Shown here: positions 37,762 through 51,393 of the stretch, piece after piece
How the letters are laid out: each line of letters begins with the position of its first letter
How positions within the stretch are numbered: the first letter of the stretch is position 1
Assembly (NCBI GenBank): GCA_008632985.1
Contig: QPGO01000041.1
Location: forward strand, 186,001-250,000
Source: Psammoneis japonica
Lineage: Eukaryota
Direction of reading: 5' to 3'
Length of the DNA stretch: 64,000 nucleotides
The notes under the pieces: model-generated
What the model was told of the DNA's origin: nothing
Database searches by the model: none
The model's input: only the letters and a program-made list of their open reading frames with translations
Program-made: the position numbers and the translations under genes

Positions 37762-38264
37762 TGCAATGCACATTGTCATGCACACTCACGTGCATGTGAA
37801 TGTTTTCACATTTTCAATTGTGCGTCAATTGTGGGTTTGTGCAAAGAAGGGCTGGTCAATCACAGAGAGTTGACTGGATGTCAGAAATTGCAAATGTGAT
37901 TGCACAATGATGTTGACATCTTGTGCATCAACAGCAATTGCGCCAGACAATCTGTTGTCACGGCTGCATTCTCCAAAAGGCGTTTCAGTCTGCAGAAGCA
38001 GCACAGAAGCCTTGGGGCATTGAGAGCTTGTTTGGAGAAACCCAAAATGATTGAGCAGATTTCAACTTCACAATTTTCACTTTTTGCACTTTGTTTTGAT
38101 TTCATTTGCGCTGATTCTTTGAGCACAGTGCAAAGCCATGGAAGCCAAGAAACAAAAAGACTCTACAGTGTCAGTGCTTTGAAACAGCTCCGCTGTTGAC
38201 AGCCCCCAAGAACAAGGGCCAAAAGTGGCACAACTCATCAACTTCTTTTACAAAATTGGCAAAA

Positions 38265-38475
38265 GCACCAAAGTGTCGTTCATCAAGCTGAGTGAAAGCA
38301 AGTGTGCCCAGGACAGAGTGCAGAGAATCATCTGCCAGTGAAAGTGAGAAAGCAAAAAGCACTTGACAGGTGCCAAAGTGTCAATGCTCATCAAGCTGAG
38401 TGAAAATGTGCCAAGGACAGAAAGCAGAAGTTTGTCATCTGCCAGAGGACATGGACGCCAACTGAGAAAGCAAAA
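38265..38475 (+). repeat. Diverged about 105-bp tandem repeat (2 units)
   Basis: CCAAAGTGTC..TCATCAAGCTGAGTGAAA..GGACAGA..TCATCTGCCAG occurs twice. Confidence 0.7.
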
Positions 38476-41400
38476 GGGGGAAAGAGCACTGCCCTGCGTG
38501 CAGCAGTCCAGCAATCTGTGCTTGTCAGTCAAGCAGGAACAGAGGACAAAGAGCAGGGCTCTGACAGCTGTGCTGGCCCTGCCATGGTTGTCTGCATTGG
38601 CGACAATGGCATGCTGCATGCACAGGGCAGCATGCCAAAGGTGTTGCAGCAGCCTGCAGCAGACCCCCCAATTGTGAGAGTGTTGGTGCAGTTGTGCATG
38701 AACAGCAGGTGACCCACACTGCAAGCATTGCACATTTGACTGGCTCCTGAAGTTGTGCCCAGTGACAAAAGCTCTGTGCAGGACACTGCACATTGCTTGG
38801 CACTCATCCAGAGCCAATGGAAAGTTTGAGTGAGGCTTTTTGTGGGAGGATGTGCCAACAGCCACGGGTTGGCTGAGCACCTTGCTGACTCTGAAACAGT
38901 CACAAAATCACCAACAGCTGCAGTCTTTGCAGCTGTTCAAAAATGTTTGTGTCTCAGAATTTGGTGCGTGAGGCAAGTGGTTTTGTGCAGGGGGGTGATT
39001 GGGCCTTTTTGCCAAAGATGAAAAACTGATGCAGGCACACATGGACCTCTTGCAGCCAGACAATCTCATGCATGGTCAAGCATCTGTCTGACATCACAAC
39101 GCAGATCATGGGGGGCATTGTTCAAGGGTGTGGTTGGTTGGGCACTTTTCTGCTGAAAACATTTTTGCCTCACTTTCAACATGGCAACTTCAGGCAACTC
39201 AGGTGAGTGCATCAAAGAGGGTCTGTGCACCAACTCTTGCTCATTGTGTGTTCCTTGTTCATCAAAGGTTAGATGTGCATCAAAAGTTTGCACATGCCCC
39301 ACTGCAATTTGGAGAACAAATGGTGGCACACATCTGCCAGTGCTGCCGCAGCATGTCCATGTCATGATGCTTGTTCTGTGTTGCTTTTGTTTTTCAGGAG
39401 CAGCAAAGAAATGCTGCAAAAATGTCACGGCACAAGATGAGGTCGAAAGACTCATCAGAGTCATGCAAAGGCAAGAATGGCTGAGAAGAAGATGCTCTCA
39501 GCTGTTTTGCTTCAACCCAGCAGAGAAAAGTGACACACCAGCTGCTGGGTCCCTGAGGCATGCTCTGAGTTGCACAAGTTTGTTGCATGCACTGAGAGCC
39601 ATGGGGACAATTTGCCAATGGCAGACTGTGACTCACCCTTGGCAGATGCTCAAGACAGGTCACCAACTCTTCACACCATCCAAGAGTTGTCAAGTGGCTT
39701 CTTTCAAGAACTTGTGTCAGTGTCATCATCAACTGACAACTCCTCAGAGCTGGTTGCAAGGGCCCTCTTGATGTGTGGCATTGAGTTTGAAGCTTTGGGA
39801 CACAACAACAAAATGAGTCAAAGTGCAAAGTGAGCTCATTCAGCACTGTGGGATGGCTCATCAAAGATTTGTCTTGGCACATCTGTGAGCAACTTGCTGT
39901 GCCCTGCCTGAAAAGAGGCAGTTGACCAGCGGGCAACCAACTGTGAAGCTGAAGAGCAGTTTCACACCCACATGGCACAAAGACCAGCGGCACCCAGCCA
40001 TGATCAGGAGACAGTGCTGGCTTCTGACATTTTCAAAGTGGGTGCTGCAGTTGTGCAGCACAAGTGCCTTTGTTGCCTGGTTGTTGATGCTGACCCAGAG
40101 AGATTCTCCCCCGTGCTGTTGCACAGGCACTCAGGACATTGCAGAGAGCAGCAACCTTGCAACATGGCCCAGCTCTGCCACAATTTGTGCTCTCAACAAA
40201 CCCCCCAGTGACCCCGCTGCACTTTCAAGCAATTGAGTTTCAGAAGCAAGACAATGCAAGAAAGCTGTCTGAGGAAAGACATGCTCTTTGCCATCATGGA
40301 AGCTGCTTTGTTCTAAAATTGGACAGTGACTTTTTCATTTTTTTGTTGTGGGACATTGTGAACAAAAGATGCACACTTGGATGACTTTCTTGAGCCCATT
40401 TTGGAGCAATGCCACTTTGTTGAAGTCAGCCAAGTGGAGGGCCACCTTTGAAAGATTCTGCTCTGTGCTGTTGGTTTGCTGCTGACATTTGTGTTGTTGA
40501 GGGTGCTGGTGTGGTGACCAAGAGAAGCTGCCAGAATGCCTGGTGACTGACAAGCATTGCTTGGATTTCATGGCCCAAGAATGCTCCCAACAAACCATGT
40601 GTTGAATTTCAAGATTGCAACAAGCAGCATCGCTGAAATTGCAGCAGGTCTGCAATCTGTGCAGTGCCAACAGTGTTGGTTGCTGGTTGAGCCATGACAG
40701 CAGAAGATGGCTGCCATTGCATTGAAGTTGTGCAGCAACACTGTCACAGCCATCAACCAAACTGAGTCAGCCATGAGCTCTTCCAACTTTTGCTTCTTTG
40801 GTGCATTGCATTTGCTTGCCACATGATCTGTCCCTGTTCTTTTGTGTCATGTCATGTTTTGTCATCACCTGGTTCTTTGACCTTTTCTGGCTCATGCTTG
40901 CACAGCTGCTTTGACTTCCTGCCATGGGCTTGCTTTGCAATTTTGCTCCATCCACAGCCAGCTTTGCAGGAGCCAGATGCTTTCACAACAAGGTTCTTCT
41001 GATGCCTGCTTGCAGCCCAAATTTGAACTCTGCTCACCAAACTCTTCAAGATCAGAAAAGGGTTTTTCTGGCATGTGCTGGGATTTGATTTTGCAAGCAC
41101 CACAACGCCTGCTCCAACTTCCCTGCAAATCTGAGCAATTTTGACTCAAGCACTTTCCCTTGGAATGCTTTGTCAGTTGTGGCCAAAATGGCTCCACACT
41201 TGGTTTGCAGCCAGACACTTTGACAGTCCTGGGATGCTCTTTTCATTGCACCTGCAATCCACTTCTAGCATGACTTGCTTGGCACCTTCTCTGTTCAGCT
41301 GCAGGCTGTGCTCAAATCAAGAACATCCTTGTTTTACCATCTCCTTGCACAAGTCCTCCTTTTGCTCTTTCAAAAGTTGGTTCTTCAGTGAGTTCCCACA

Positions 41401-44400
41401 CCCCAACTTCATTTAAAAAAACCATGCTGGTCTGGATCAGCGCAGCCTGTGTGACAATGAGGGGCCACATTTGGTGCCTTCTTTTTGGTTTCTTTCAATT
41501 GCTTGTTTGATGGCTCAATGAGCTTTTCCCACATGATGGCATTTGGGTCTTTGAGACATGTTTTCACATGCCTTGCTTGAATTTTTTCTGCATGAGAAGC
41601 ACAAGGAAATGACTTGTTCCAGACTTGGGTGTGCTCACGCGCAAAAAAATGACCCTTTGCCGCATGAAACGCGCGGTCCACACTTGCGGTGCCATTTTCG
41701 CCCAGTGAAAACACAACAATTTTCAAATGTGATGTCATGGGCACATGCAGAAAGGTCTTGTGCGTGCACCCATGCACTCAAAACTGTGGATGGACTCAGT
41801 TGTCAGTCACTAAATTGCGCCGCAAGTTGAGAGCTCTGTTTTCCGAGGAGCGATTTGCAGATGTCCAAATGTGTGCAGAAATGCACAAAATGTTGTTCTT
41901 GCACGCAAATGAACCCTCTAACATGACACAACCAATCTTTGGTTGCAATGCATGAATGCAACTTTGATTCAACGGATCGAACAAAACATGCGTTGATTGA
42001 CAAGTTTCGGACGACGTGAGAAGAAGGGCAGCTCAGCCCATGCAATGGCGTCGACTTCGGACCATTTTTCACTGTTCAAGAGGCGCGAACGATTGACGCA
42101 CTTGAATCAGTCGAATGTGTTGAGGAAGTGCACATGGCAATGGCAAAGAAATGGTCCTCAGAGGCAAATTGTGAGTGAGCTGAGGCCCAATTGTTGTTGC
42201 TGACAGATTTGGCATTGTTGTGCCGCGCTGCAGCCTGTGACAAGCACTTTCACTGTTGTTGTTGATGCCATGGACTGTGTCAAATGCGGAGGTCCTCGTC
42301 ATGACATTGAATTTTCCACGAGGCTGAAAAAAGTGGGCCGTCATGGTCACTGAAAGCCATGGCCGGTTTGGCTGTTTGTTTGTTCGAGTTCATTCTGTTT
42401 GTTTTGCTCACAAGCAATTGCAAAGCACAAAAAAATGTTTTTTCTGTGAAAAGGGGCATGTGCGCGCCACCCAAGTCTGGAACAAGTCAAATTTCTTAGT
42501 CTCCTGCAGCTCCTTTGCCAGTGATGTTGGCTTGCTTCTGTGCCAGATGGTTGCCTCCTTTTGACTTTCTGTTGGCCCCTCCCCAGCCAATGTGCACAGC
42601 AGTGTCTCAACCAAGATGTTGGTTGTTGCTGTCTGGCATCAGCAGATCCTGGCCAAATTTCTCAAGCAAGAGTTTTCAGCAACAACCGACTCACCCATCA
42701 TGTTGCTCGCACATTTGCCACTGTGCTTTCCAAAAAAAAATGCTGGGTTGTTTTCACCATTTTTCATCACCTTGTGCACTGTGTGACAGCATTTTATGAA
42801 AGAGGGTCAGCTGTGAGTTGTTGTGCAAGCAAGTCATGCCGGCTGCACCCACATGCTGATGGCAGCAATGTGCAAATGGTCCAGTGAGCAAGACCACCCT
42901 TGCTGGTCCACTTGGCCACGGTCAACTTCGTCATCAGCAAAACTGGAAGCAGCTCCGACAGCAGCCACAACCAACCTTCAATTGTCTGCTGTCATTTCAT
43001 GCACCTCATCTGGCAGCGCAGCATGAACCTTGTTCATTTCTTGCCAGGGGTTCCCATCTGATTGAAGAGGTCAAAAACGCAGTTGTCAGGAGGCCATCCA
43101 TGGATCAAAAAGAACAGAGTGCAGTCAGTCATGAGGTGGGTGTTGTGTTGATGATGTTGTCATCTGATCTTGGTGTCAAGAAAGGTCAATTTTTCCCTTC
43201 ATCACAAAGTGAGCCACAATTCTTGAATCCTGCATGAGACCCACTCAACTTGAATTTTTTGGAAGAACTGGCCAGACTTTGACCTCACCCAGCTGGAGCC
43301 ACAAAATGCCTGAGACATGTGCGCTGTCAGTCTCCTGCTGTTTGAACCAGTGTCTTTTTGAGAATGGACTGGGCATGCACTGTTCATGGCATCAGGCATT
43401 TGAAAATGGAGCTGACTTTTTGTGGAGCACCTCATTGCACGTGAAAGTGCAAGGGACAATTTTCAGTGACACCAGCTCTGTTTGAGGTGGCCCTCTGCTT
43501 GCAACCCCCCAAAATGTCAGGAACTCTGCACCAGCATAATTTCAGCAGGCTGGAATTGCACTTTGGAAAAAATTGGGGGTTTGTGATTGCACGTGGAAGC
43601 ATGTCGTTGGGCCCCACAGCTGCCAGGCAATCGCGCACTTTGCGACAAGAACCATGTCATGCATGGTCATTGGTCATTGACCATTCCAACATTGAGCAAA
43701 GATGACCCACAAAATTGTGCAGTGTCTTTCTTCTTTTGGGGTTGACCATGTCATGACCAGCAGCACGCATCTCATCCAAAATGTCTGACTCTTTGCGAGT
43801 GACACATGACAGGGGTGTGCTCCAGCCACTGCATTGTGATGGCATTGCAACTTGGTTTTAAATGGCTCCTTCCACTTGGAAAAATTGTGCATCTAAGTGG
43901 CATTGGGGGTTTCTTCATGATCCGATTTGTTCTTCTGGACATGTCCAACTCAGCCAACCGGTCTGTCCACATCTCACAACAATGTCGCCTGCAAAATCCT
44001 GGGCCTGCAAGGGTTCATGCAGCCAAGTGCACAGCCTCCTGACTGCAAGGCAAGGGAAGTCAGCCACATCATCATCCAACGTGTCCTTCTTGAACCCTTC
44101 AACCACATTCCCAATCTCCACAGACTGTGCGTGGCGCAAATCCATGGCGGCGGCAAAGCCTTGGTCAGCCATGCGCAGCCACCGGCTCCAGCCCCGAAGC
44201 CAGCCCCACTCAGACAGGCGCTGAAAGCAATGGTGTCTGCCATGGCTGCGCACAGCGAGCCCTCTTCAGAGGCACTGAAGTGGCATCACAAGTGCGGTGT
44301 CATGCAACAAAGGGTGATGAAAAAGAGTGATTTTTTGTTGCCGTGAATCCCTCAAAGCGAGAGCGCCGATCAACGGAAATGCAAGACGGCAAACAGCAAC

Positions 44401-44611
44401 CACGTGACAAAAATCATCACATGTGCATGCCCCGCTGAGCAGCGAGTCATTTCCAACGACCAATTTTCCATTGCGCTGCTTGGGTCCAACGAGCTTGCAC
44501 AGTGTGGGCAATGAGCAACTTCACCGTTCTCCCTGAACCGCGCGTTGAATCCGCTGTGAAACAAAACTGGGCTCAAGATGCAACGACAGATGTGGACGGC
44601 GCAGGTCGCGC

Positions 44612-45711
44612 ATGGTCACTGGTCATTGCAGCTGACACAATGTTGAATTTTGTGACCGACAAGATTGAGGATTTTTCTTCTTCCGGCACTTCAACTTGAC
44701 GAGATGATTGAGAATTGTCGGCATCATCGAACACGCACGTCATGTCATGGGAAATTGATCTTGGTTTCGAAATGACTGTGGCACTTCAAAGTCATCAGCG
44801 AGCAGAGATTTGTGGTGCTTTTGCAACGCAGTTGTGTGAAAAAACAATGTGCGGCTGCAGCACGTTTGAAGTGAAAACCAGGAGTGCCATCATTTGCTTC
44901 AAATTCTCTTTCGCAGAACTGGCCAGACCGCAGGTGGGTGCTCATGCTCGACAGCAGCAAGTCAATGCCACAACGTAAGTCTGAGCATTGTCAATGAACA
45001 CGCACGCATTGTACGTTAATTATGTAAAAGGCTACCGCATGACTGACTAGAGCACACCAAAGCAAGTTGCTTGGGGAATTGATCTTGGTTTTTTTAAATG
45101 ACTCGTCGCAGAGATAAAGTCATCGTCCGTTATAGATTTATGATACTTTTTGAAAGATGGTCATTGGTCATTGTAACTAACATAATGTTGAATTTTATGA
45201 CCGACAAGATAGAGGATTTTTCTTCTTCCGGCACTTCAACTTGACGAGATGATTGAGAATTATCGGCATCATCATCGAACACGCACGTCATGTTATGGGA
45301 AATTGATCTTGGTTTCGAAATGACTGTGGCATTTCAAAGTCATCAGCGAACAGAGATTTATGATGCTTTTGTAATGCCGTTGTGTGAAAAAACAATGTGC
45401 GACTACAGTACGTTTGAAATAAAAACTAGGAGTGCCATCATTTGCTTCAAATTCTCTTTCGCAGAACTAGCTAGACCGTAGGTAGGTGCTCATACTCGAT
45501 AGTAGTAAGTCAATGCCACAACGTAAGTCTGAGCATTATCAATGAACACGCACGTATTGTACGTTAATTATGTAAAAAGCTACCGCATGACTGACTTCTG
45601 ACTTAAGCACGCCAAAGCAAGTTGCTTGGGGAATTGATCTTGGTTTTTTATATGACTCGTCGCAGAGATAAAGTCATCGTCCGATAGATTTATGATACTT
45701 TTTGAAAGATG
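44612..45711 (+). repeat. About 550-bp non-coding tandem duplication (units about 44612-45157 and 45158-45711)
   Basis: Colinear alignment along the whole length. Confidence 0.97.
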
Positions 45712-45996
45712 CAGCCCGGGTATGGAAATATAAATCCTATTTATGTCATTTCAAGATGCTTCAGCGTCTTTTTTATCATACATACATCTATACAACATGT
45801 CGTTATTATGAAGCGTACGAATGAAACATACAGAAGATAGACATAATTTCGGTCATTTTGCAAAGTCTTTTCGGCATCTTTTCGGCATTGCGGTTTGTAC
45901 GCGTAGGGCCCTACCGGCTAGAGTGGCCCGTGTATCTTGTTGTTTCGTACTCGTAGTTTCTCACACTTGAGAAGAGCTATGCAAGAGTCAAGAAAG

Positions 45997-48900
45997 ATGA
46001 AGCATCTCGTTAACTTGATCTTGGCGCTCCTATCGCTGATGGCGACCGCTGAAGCCAAAGACGCGGTGGAAGGAGTGAGGCGAGACAAGCCCGGCAAGAG
46101 GTGGGGCGCGATAATCAAGAAGGGCAAAGAGTGCAACGGGAAGAAGTGCTCCTGCGATTTGTCCGACCTCCCAGATGACCCCAGTGAACTTGACTCTATT
46201 ATCATGGATTTCGGCAACGGAGACGTTGCTGAATTCACGCAGAATGGCCCGTTCAAGCAAGATTCTTTCCATGGGGAAGACTGGAATCTGGATGCCATGA
46301 ATCTTATTGTTAGAAGTAGGAAGGGCCAGACACGTGGTAAAACGTCCAAAACTGTGGTTGGTTCCATCTCTCATGGAGACAAACTATACAAGATCCAGTC
46401 GGACAAGAACGGAAAGTCAGAGATAATCGAGACCGACTGGGCTGACTATCCAGATGAAGCCGAGCCTGAAGAGGCTCCTCAAGAAAGTTTCGACGAGAGA
46501 ATGAGGCGTCTGGAAATCAGTAATACAGTGGAGAGGAGAACCTCTTCTGTTGTCAAGCCAGATTCCCATTGGATCGACGTAAATGGGCAGAGAGAACTAG
46601 CCAATGATCTTGGCGACAATATCGATGTCATGGTGGTATGGTCGCCCTTTGCTGGTAAGCAATAATATTTCATCTTTGTGTCTGCCCCTTTCTTGCGCTG
46701 ATGCTCACCATTGCGATGGTGCCTTCGTAATTTCCCATTGCTATTTACAGAATGTCGACAATCGGGGGAATCCGAGAATTGCGCACTCACGAGTCAAACC
46801 ACTACCAACATCTTAGCGCTTATTGACCTCGCAATTTCGGAGACAAATGCGGCTTACGACGCCAGCGGCGTCAACACCCAGCTCAGGCTCGTCCATGCCT
46901 ATCGCGTAGACTATGACGAAAGCCAGGCACAGAATTCGAATGACAACTTAGATTTTGGCACAGCTCTAAGTGAGCTCAGGACTCTAGGTGACGGCGTAAT
47001 TGATGACGTGCATTCTGAGCGCACGAAGTACGGCGCGGATGTTGTGGCGATGATTGTAGGCGGTACAACCTATTGTGGAATTGCCAACGTTGGACCAGCA
47101 ATTACAAGGTATGCTCAGTGTCACAGACTGTACTCATATGGAAGGGCATGGGTCGGCCTGTATCTTTCAAGGTTAAAAGAATGCCAAGCGAAAAGCCATC
47201 AGCGTCATTTCGCGACCTCTGCTATGACCTTCATCTCGCTCTTTCTTCTCGCTCTTTCTAAATTTTTTGAAATTCTTGTCCTACAGTATGTTCAGTGTTA
47301 CTTCGTTTACCTGTGCTACGGGTTACTTCAGTTTTGGACATGAGATTGGTGAGTTCGATGATCTCGTTGTGCTGACTGATACCCTTATTATATTGTGTTG
47401 GTGTTAGTCTTTAAACTTACACTGTTCCATTTCGACCTATTTTGAGCTTTGCAGGACACAACATGGTAAGCCAACCCTGCCTTCTTTGTAAGTCATGCGT
47501 AGATTGAGGAAACAGCTTCTGAACTTAAAGCGATATGTGTTTCCGCGATTAAACAGGGATGCTTACACGACCTGGGAACCTCGAATGCCTGTTCGTCCTC
47601 GAACTATCACTATGGGTGAGCTGTGGTTCTGATTTGTGTATAGATTGTCTCCTCTGTGTTCTGACTTTCTCAAGCAACTTGCTGTTTTGCATCGTCTGCT
47701 TCATCATAGATGGAGAGATCCTGATGCCGCGTTTCGCACCATCTTAGCATACAATTGCGTGTCTGGCCAGTGCGACGGAAATGCAGGTGGCAATTGCCCC
47801 CGCATACAGCGTTTCTCTACTCCATCCGTAAGTTCACAGCGTGCGCAGCAATGCCGATGTATTTTGTTATCCTAACTTGCAGTCGCCCCACGCTTTTGTG
47901 GCGGTGACAGATCACCTATAATGGAGAGGCTCTTGGGAGCGCGATAGCGAACAATGCTCAACAGATCAATGATGTTAAGGGGACTATTGCGGCTTACTTC
48001 CCTGTTGGCGGATCAACAAACTCACCAACACCATCGCCCACGCCTTGTTTCTCCAATGTTGTCGAAGTGACCATCAACACGGATAACTATCCTGGTGAAA
48101 CGACGTGGGGTGTTGAAGATTCGGCAGATGAGGTCGTTGCCAGCGGCGGCCCTTACGCAAGCGCTGGGACTACCTATGTCAGGACACTTTGTCTCCCGGA
48201 TGGTGATTATACCTTTACAATCTTTGATTCCTGTAAGGCTTCAAAATGGCATGAGTTATTTGTGATTTTTTTTTCATTGCACTTCGAGCTCATTTGGAAA
48301 TTGTTCGTTCTCCTTTGATCTTAGACGGCGACGGCCTTTGTTGTAGTTGTAAGTCTTGGCAATAATCTGAGTATTGTTGCGTTTTCGCTTTGCAATTTTG
48401 TCGCAGCTTACGCTTTAAACTGTTTTGTTCGCGGTTGATCTCAGATGGAAGCGGCAGCTACGAATTCGCTCTTCAGCCGGGAAACGTAATTCTAGGGGGG
48501 TCCACTTTCGCCAATAAGGCGTCCGAGACCACGCCATTCACATTGGGCTCTGCTGCTACTGGGGCCCCAACGGAATCTCCGACGAAGAACCCTACAGGAT
48601 CTCCAAGTGCAGCTCCATCAGCGACGCCAACCTCGTCGCCGACTCCTTCCCCTCCACCAACGGCTTTTCCAACTGGGTCCCCGTCGTCATCTCCATCAGC
48701 GACGCCAACCTCGTCGCCGACTCCTTCCCCTCCACCAACGGCTTTTCCAAGTGGATCCCCGTCGTCATCTCCATCAGCGACGCCAACCTCGTCGCCGACT
48801 CCTTCCCCTCCACCAACGGCTTTTCCAAGTGGATCCCCGTCGTCATCTCCATCAGCGACGCCAACATCGCCGCCGACTCCTTCCCCTCCACCGACGACAT

Positions 48901-49085
48901 CTCCAACGCCTGCTCCGACGCCGCCTCCCACACCGGGGCCGACACCATTGCCGACTCCCACACCGACACCACCTCCTACCCCCGCGCCTGTAGCTGTGAA
49001 CTGCGCTCCGTTGTCGGGAGGAAATTGCAGGAATGCAGGTTGCCGATGGCTAGGTGGACAACGTGGTTGTGTCCCTTCAAACTAA
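45997..49085 (+). CDS. Second reprolysin/M12B-like metallopeptidase paralog with one beta-sandwich repeat and a Pro/Thr/Ser stalk
   Basis: Colinear with 26030-28500 including introns; spliced HEIGHNMGCLHD; 63-bp coding repeats at about 48600-48900. Confidence 0.9.
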
Positions 49086-49384
49086 AAGTTTATACAGCAC
49101 TTGTTGATCCCTAAGCTTTTGACGTCTATTGTATGTGGCGAGAGCTTCAATGGTGGGTGGTTTTGATGGCATTTGATTTGATTGGTGTCACTCCCTAGAT
49201 AAGATTCTCTCTAGTTTTTGTTTCAAAGAATGGTTCAATGCGCTTGCGCTGTAAGTTCATAACCAGCTCTTCCACAGATCCTTCGATACAGTCAACATGT
49301 TGTCCTTTTGCGTGTCGGGATCGGCGCAGCTCTTCTCGTCCCCTTCTGTTCGTCGCAACGTTCTCTGCCACCCGTGTCGGTTTT

Positions 49385-50215
49385 GCCCATTCCTTGCCCT
49401 TGAACCAACTGTCCACATCCCAAACCTGAGGGTGCCTCGATGCATTCCAATGGGCCCACGGAACCAGTGCACTGTTGTTGTGCCTGGTGTCAATCGATGA
49501 CAACAAGGGACGAACCGGTGGTTGTCCCCAGATCAATCAACTTGCTCTGCAATCCAAGTGGTCAAGTTCAATTGCAAGGATGGCAACAATTAAATCCTCA
49601 CATGTTGTGGATGGTCAAAATGTCTGAACTTCCAGTCAATGCCACCACTCTAACCAACTTTGTCTTGTCCTTTCCCCCCTGTGTCATGCAGCAAGTGTTG
49701 GACTTGACTGCCATCATGACAAGCAACGACCATGTCCACAAATTGTCAGTCACTGGAAGCATCAACACAACACACAGGCCAGACAGGCTGCCCCTTTGTG
49801 TCAGGTCTCAAGGCCATTTTGATGAGTGCACAGCATCATCTCCCTTGTCACAGTTTGTGTGTCTTGGAGGTGCCTCCCGACTGCTGGGAGTGGGCCAAAT
49901 TGATTGCATTGCCAGACAACAATGATGCAAAGCACCCTGGAAGTTGTTGTCATGGGCAAGGATTCACAGTTTTGGCTGGAATGGCATGGGTCCAAAGCCA
50001 CTGATGTGTCCATGTGACCCTTGGGATTGCCAGATCAAATTGATGCTCTTTTACATCCAGAGCATCAATTTTCAGTGACAAACAACAGTGGCGGTGATGA
50101 CTGCACAGTGTGTTGGCACATTGTTCAGGTTTCTGCCACTGCCGACACAGTGCAGCCCAGCACTCCTGGTTTGTGATGAGCTCTTGCCCTTTCTTGCACT
50201 GGCACATCCACTCCA
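49385..50215 (+). pseudogene. 5'-truncated, hypermutated copy of the RING/RCR-FBA gene
   Basis: Aligns to about 31085-31968 with stops and frameshifts; flank homology continues to about 51000 (versus 32745). Confidence 0.95.
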
Positions 50216-51393
50216 GAGTTTGCAAGATTGAATTTGCTGGGTTGTCACCTGACAATGACTGTGTGTCAAGAGATGGCATCACAAAGATTTGGAGTCAGTG
50301 CAGGGCCATTAAACTGGATGAGTGATTTGGAGATTTGATGTCCAGCAGGTTGGATGATGTCATGCTTGCCTCCCATGAGAAAATGCAGCAGATGGTGCAT
50401 TTCATGTTTCATGACATGTTTTTTCTCACAGTTCAGGAGAAAGCAGTGCTGGGGTTGCTGGGTTGACATTCATGTGGGGAGGTTGACATGTCAACATGGC
50501 ATGGTTGCTTGTGCACCCTCAACAAGAAAGCAATGGCAAGTGCAACAAGATTGGTGCTCTCTCAGCATTGGTGTGCTCTGTGACCTTGGTTGACCATTGG
50601 TGGGAAGCACACACATGTCTGTCATCTTGGGGGTGGGGGAGACGGCGACACAAAGCACTCATCCAACCCCCTGCTGTGGAGTCAAGTTGTGAAAAAACCA
50701 CAAAAGGTGAGCGACTTTGCATTTGTGCAAGAGCCAAAATGAATGAATTGTCAGGAAATCAGATCAGCGCTGCTTCAGCATTGGCACAAACAATGTCTGC
50801 CTGGCTTGCTCAAGCACCTCTCCCGTCTAAAGCAGCAGTGTGTGGCCACTCTCTCGGCGACTCAGCGGCTCTGGCTGCTGCTGCTGCCAGCCAGAGGCAA
50901 CAGTGCCCAAACCACGGATGTGAGTGTGCATCACTGGCCTGCCCAGAGCACTGTGCACAGGTTCTTGCAAAACACAGAAGCTGCGCAAGAGCATGGCTGG
51001 CAGGTGTCTGCGAAAGGCCCAACCGGCAAATGAATCGTGGAAAGGGACAGGCGGGATTCCTCAACGAATCGTTTTTGGGCCTCTGGACCATCTGCAATGT
51101 TGTGACGTCAGAGCAACGTCACGTTTGATTGTTAAAAGAGTGTCCCGGCTTTATTGTCATACAAAAGCACGATTTTACACATCAAATAATATACTCAGAT
51201 AAATTCTATGATGGACACTCTATTATTTTTAAATCTCTTGACGTCAATCAGAATCGTGCAAACCTGAAGAAGGAAAACATACGACAACTTGTGTAGATTT
51301 CTACGAGGTGTTTGAAAGCCTCTCGAGCACTCCAAAAAAAAAACTCAAAACGCAAAACTATGTTGACGATGGCATAGTTTTTTCTTTACCAGC

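Noticed and set aside
37800..44400. Identifiable genes or transposase in this block and in 2900-3900 and 11134-11900
   Set aside because: Too degenerate; no motif I can support by eye.
32700..45000. Dense overlapping Cys/His-rich ORFs in all six frames (also in the other TA-poor blocks)
   Set aside because: Loss of TA removes TAA and TAG stops and Tyr codons, producing spurious ORFs that end almost only in TGA; they are not genes.
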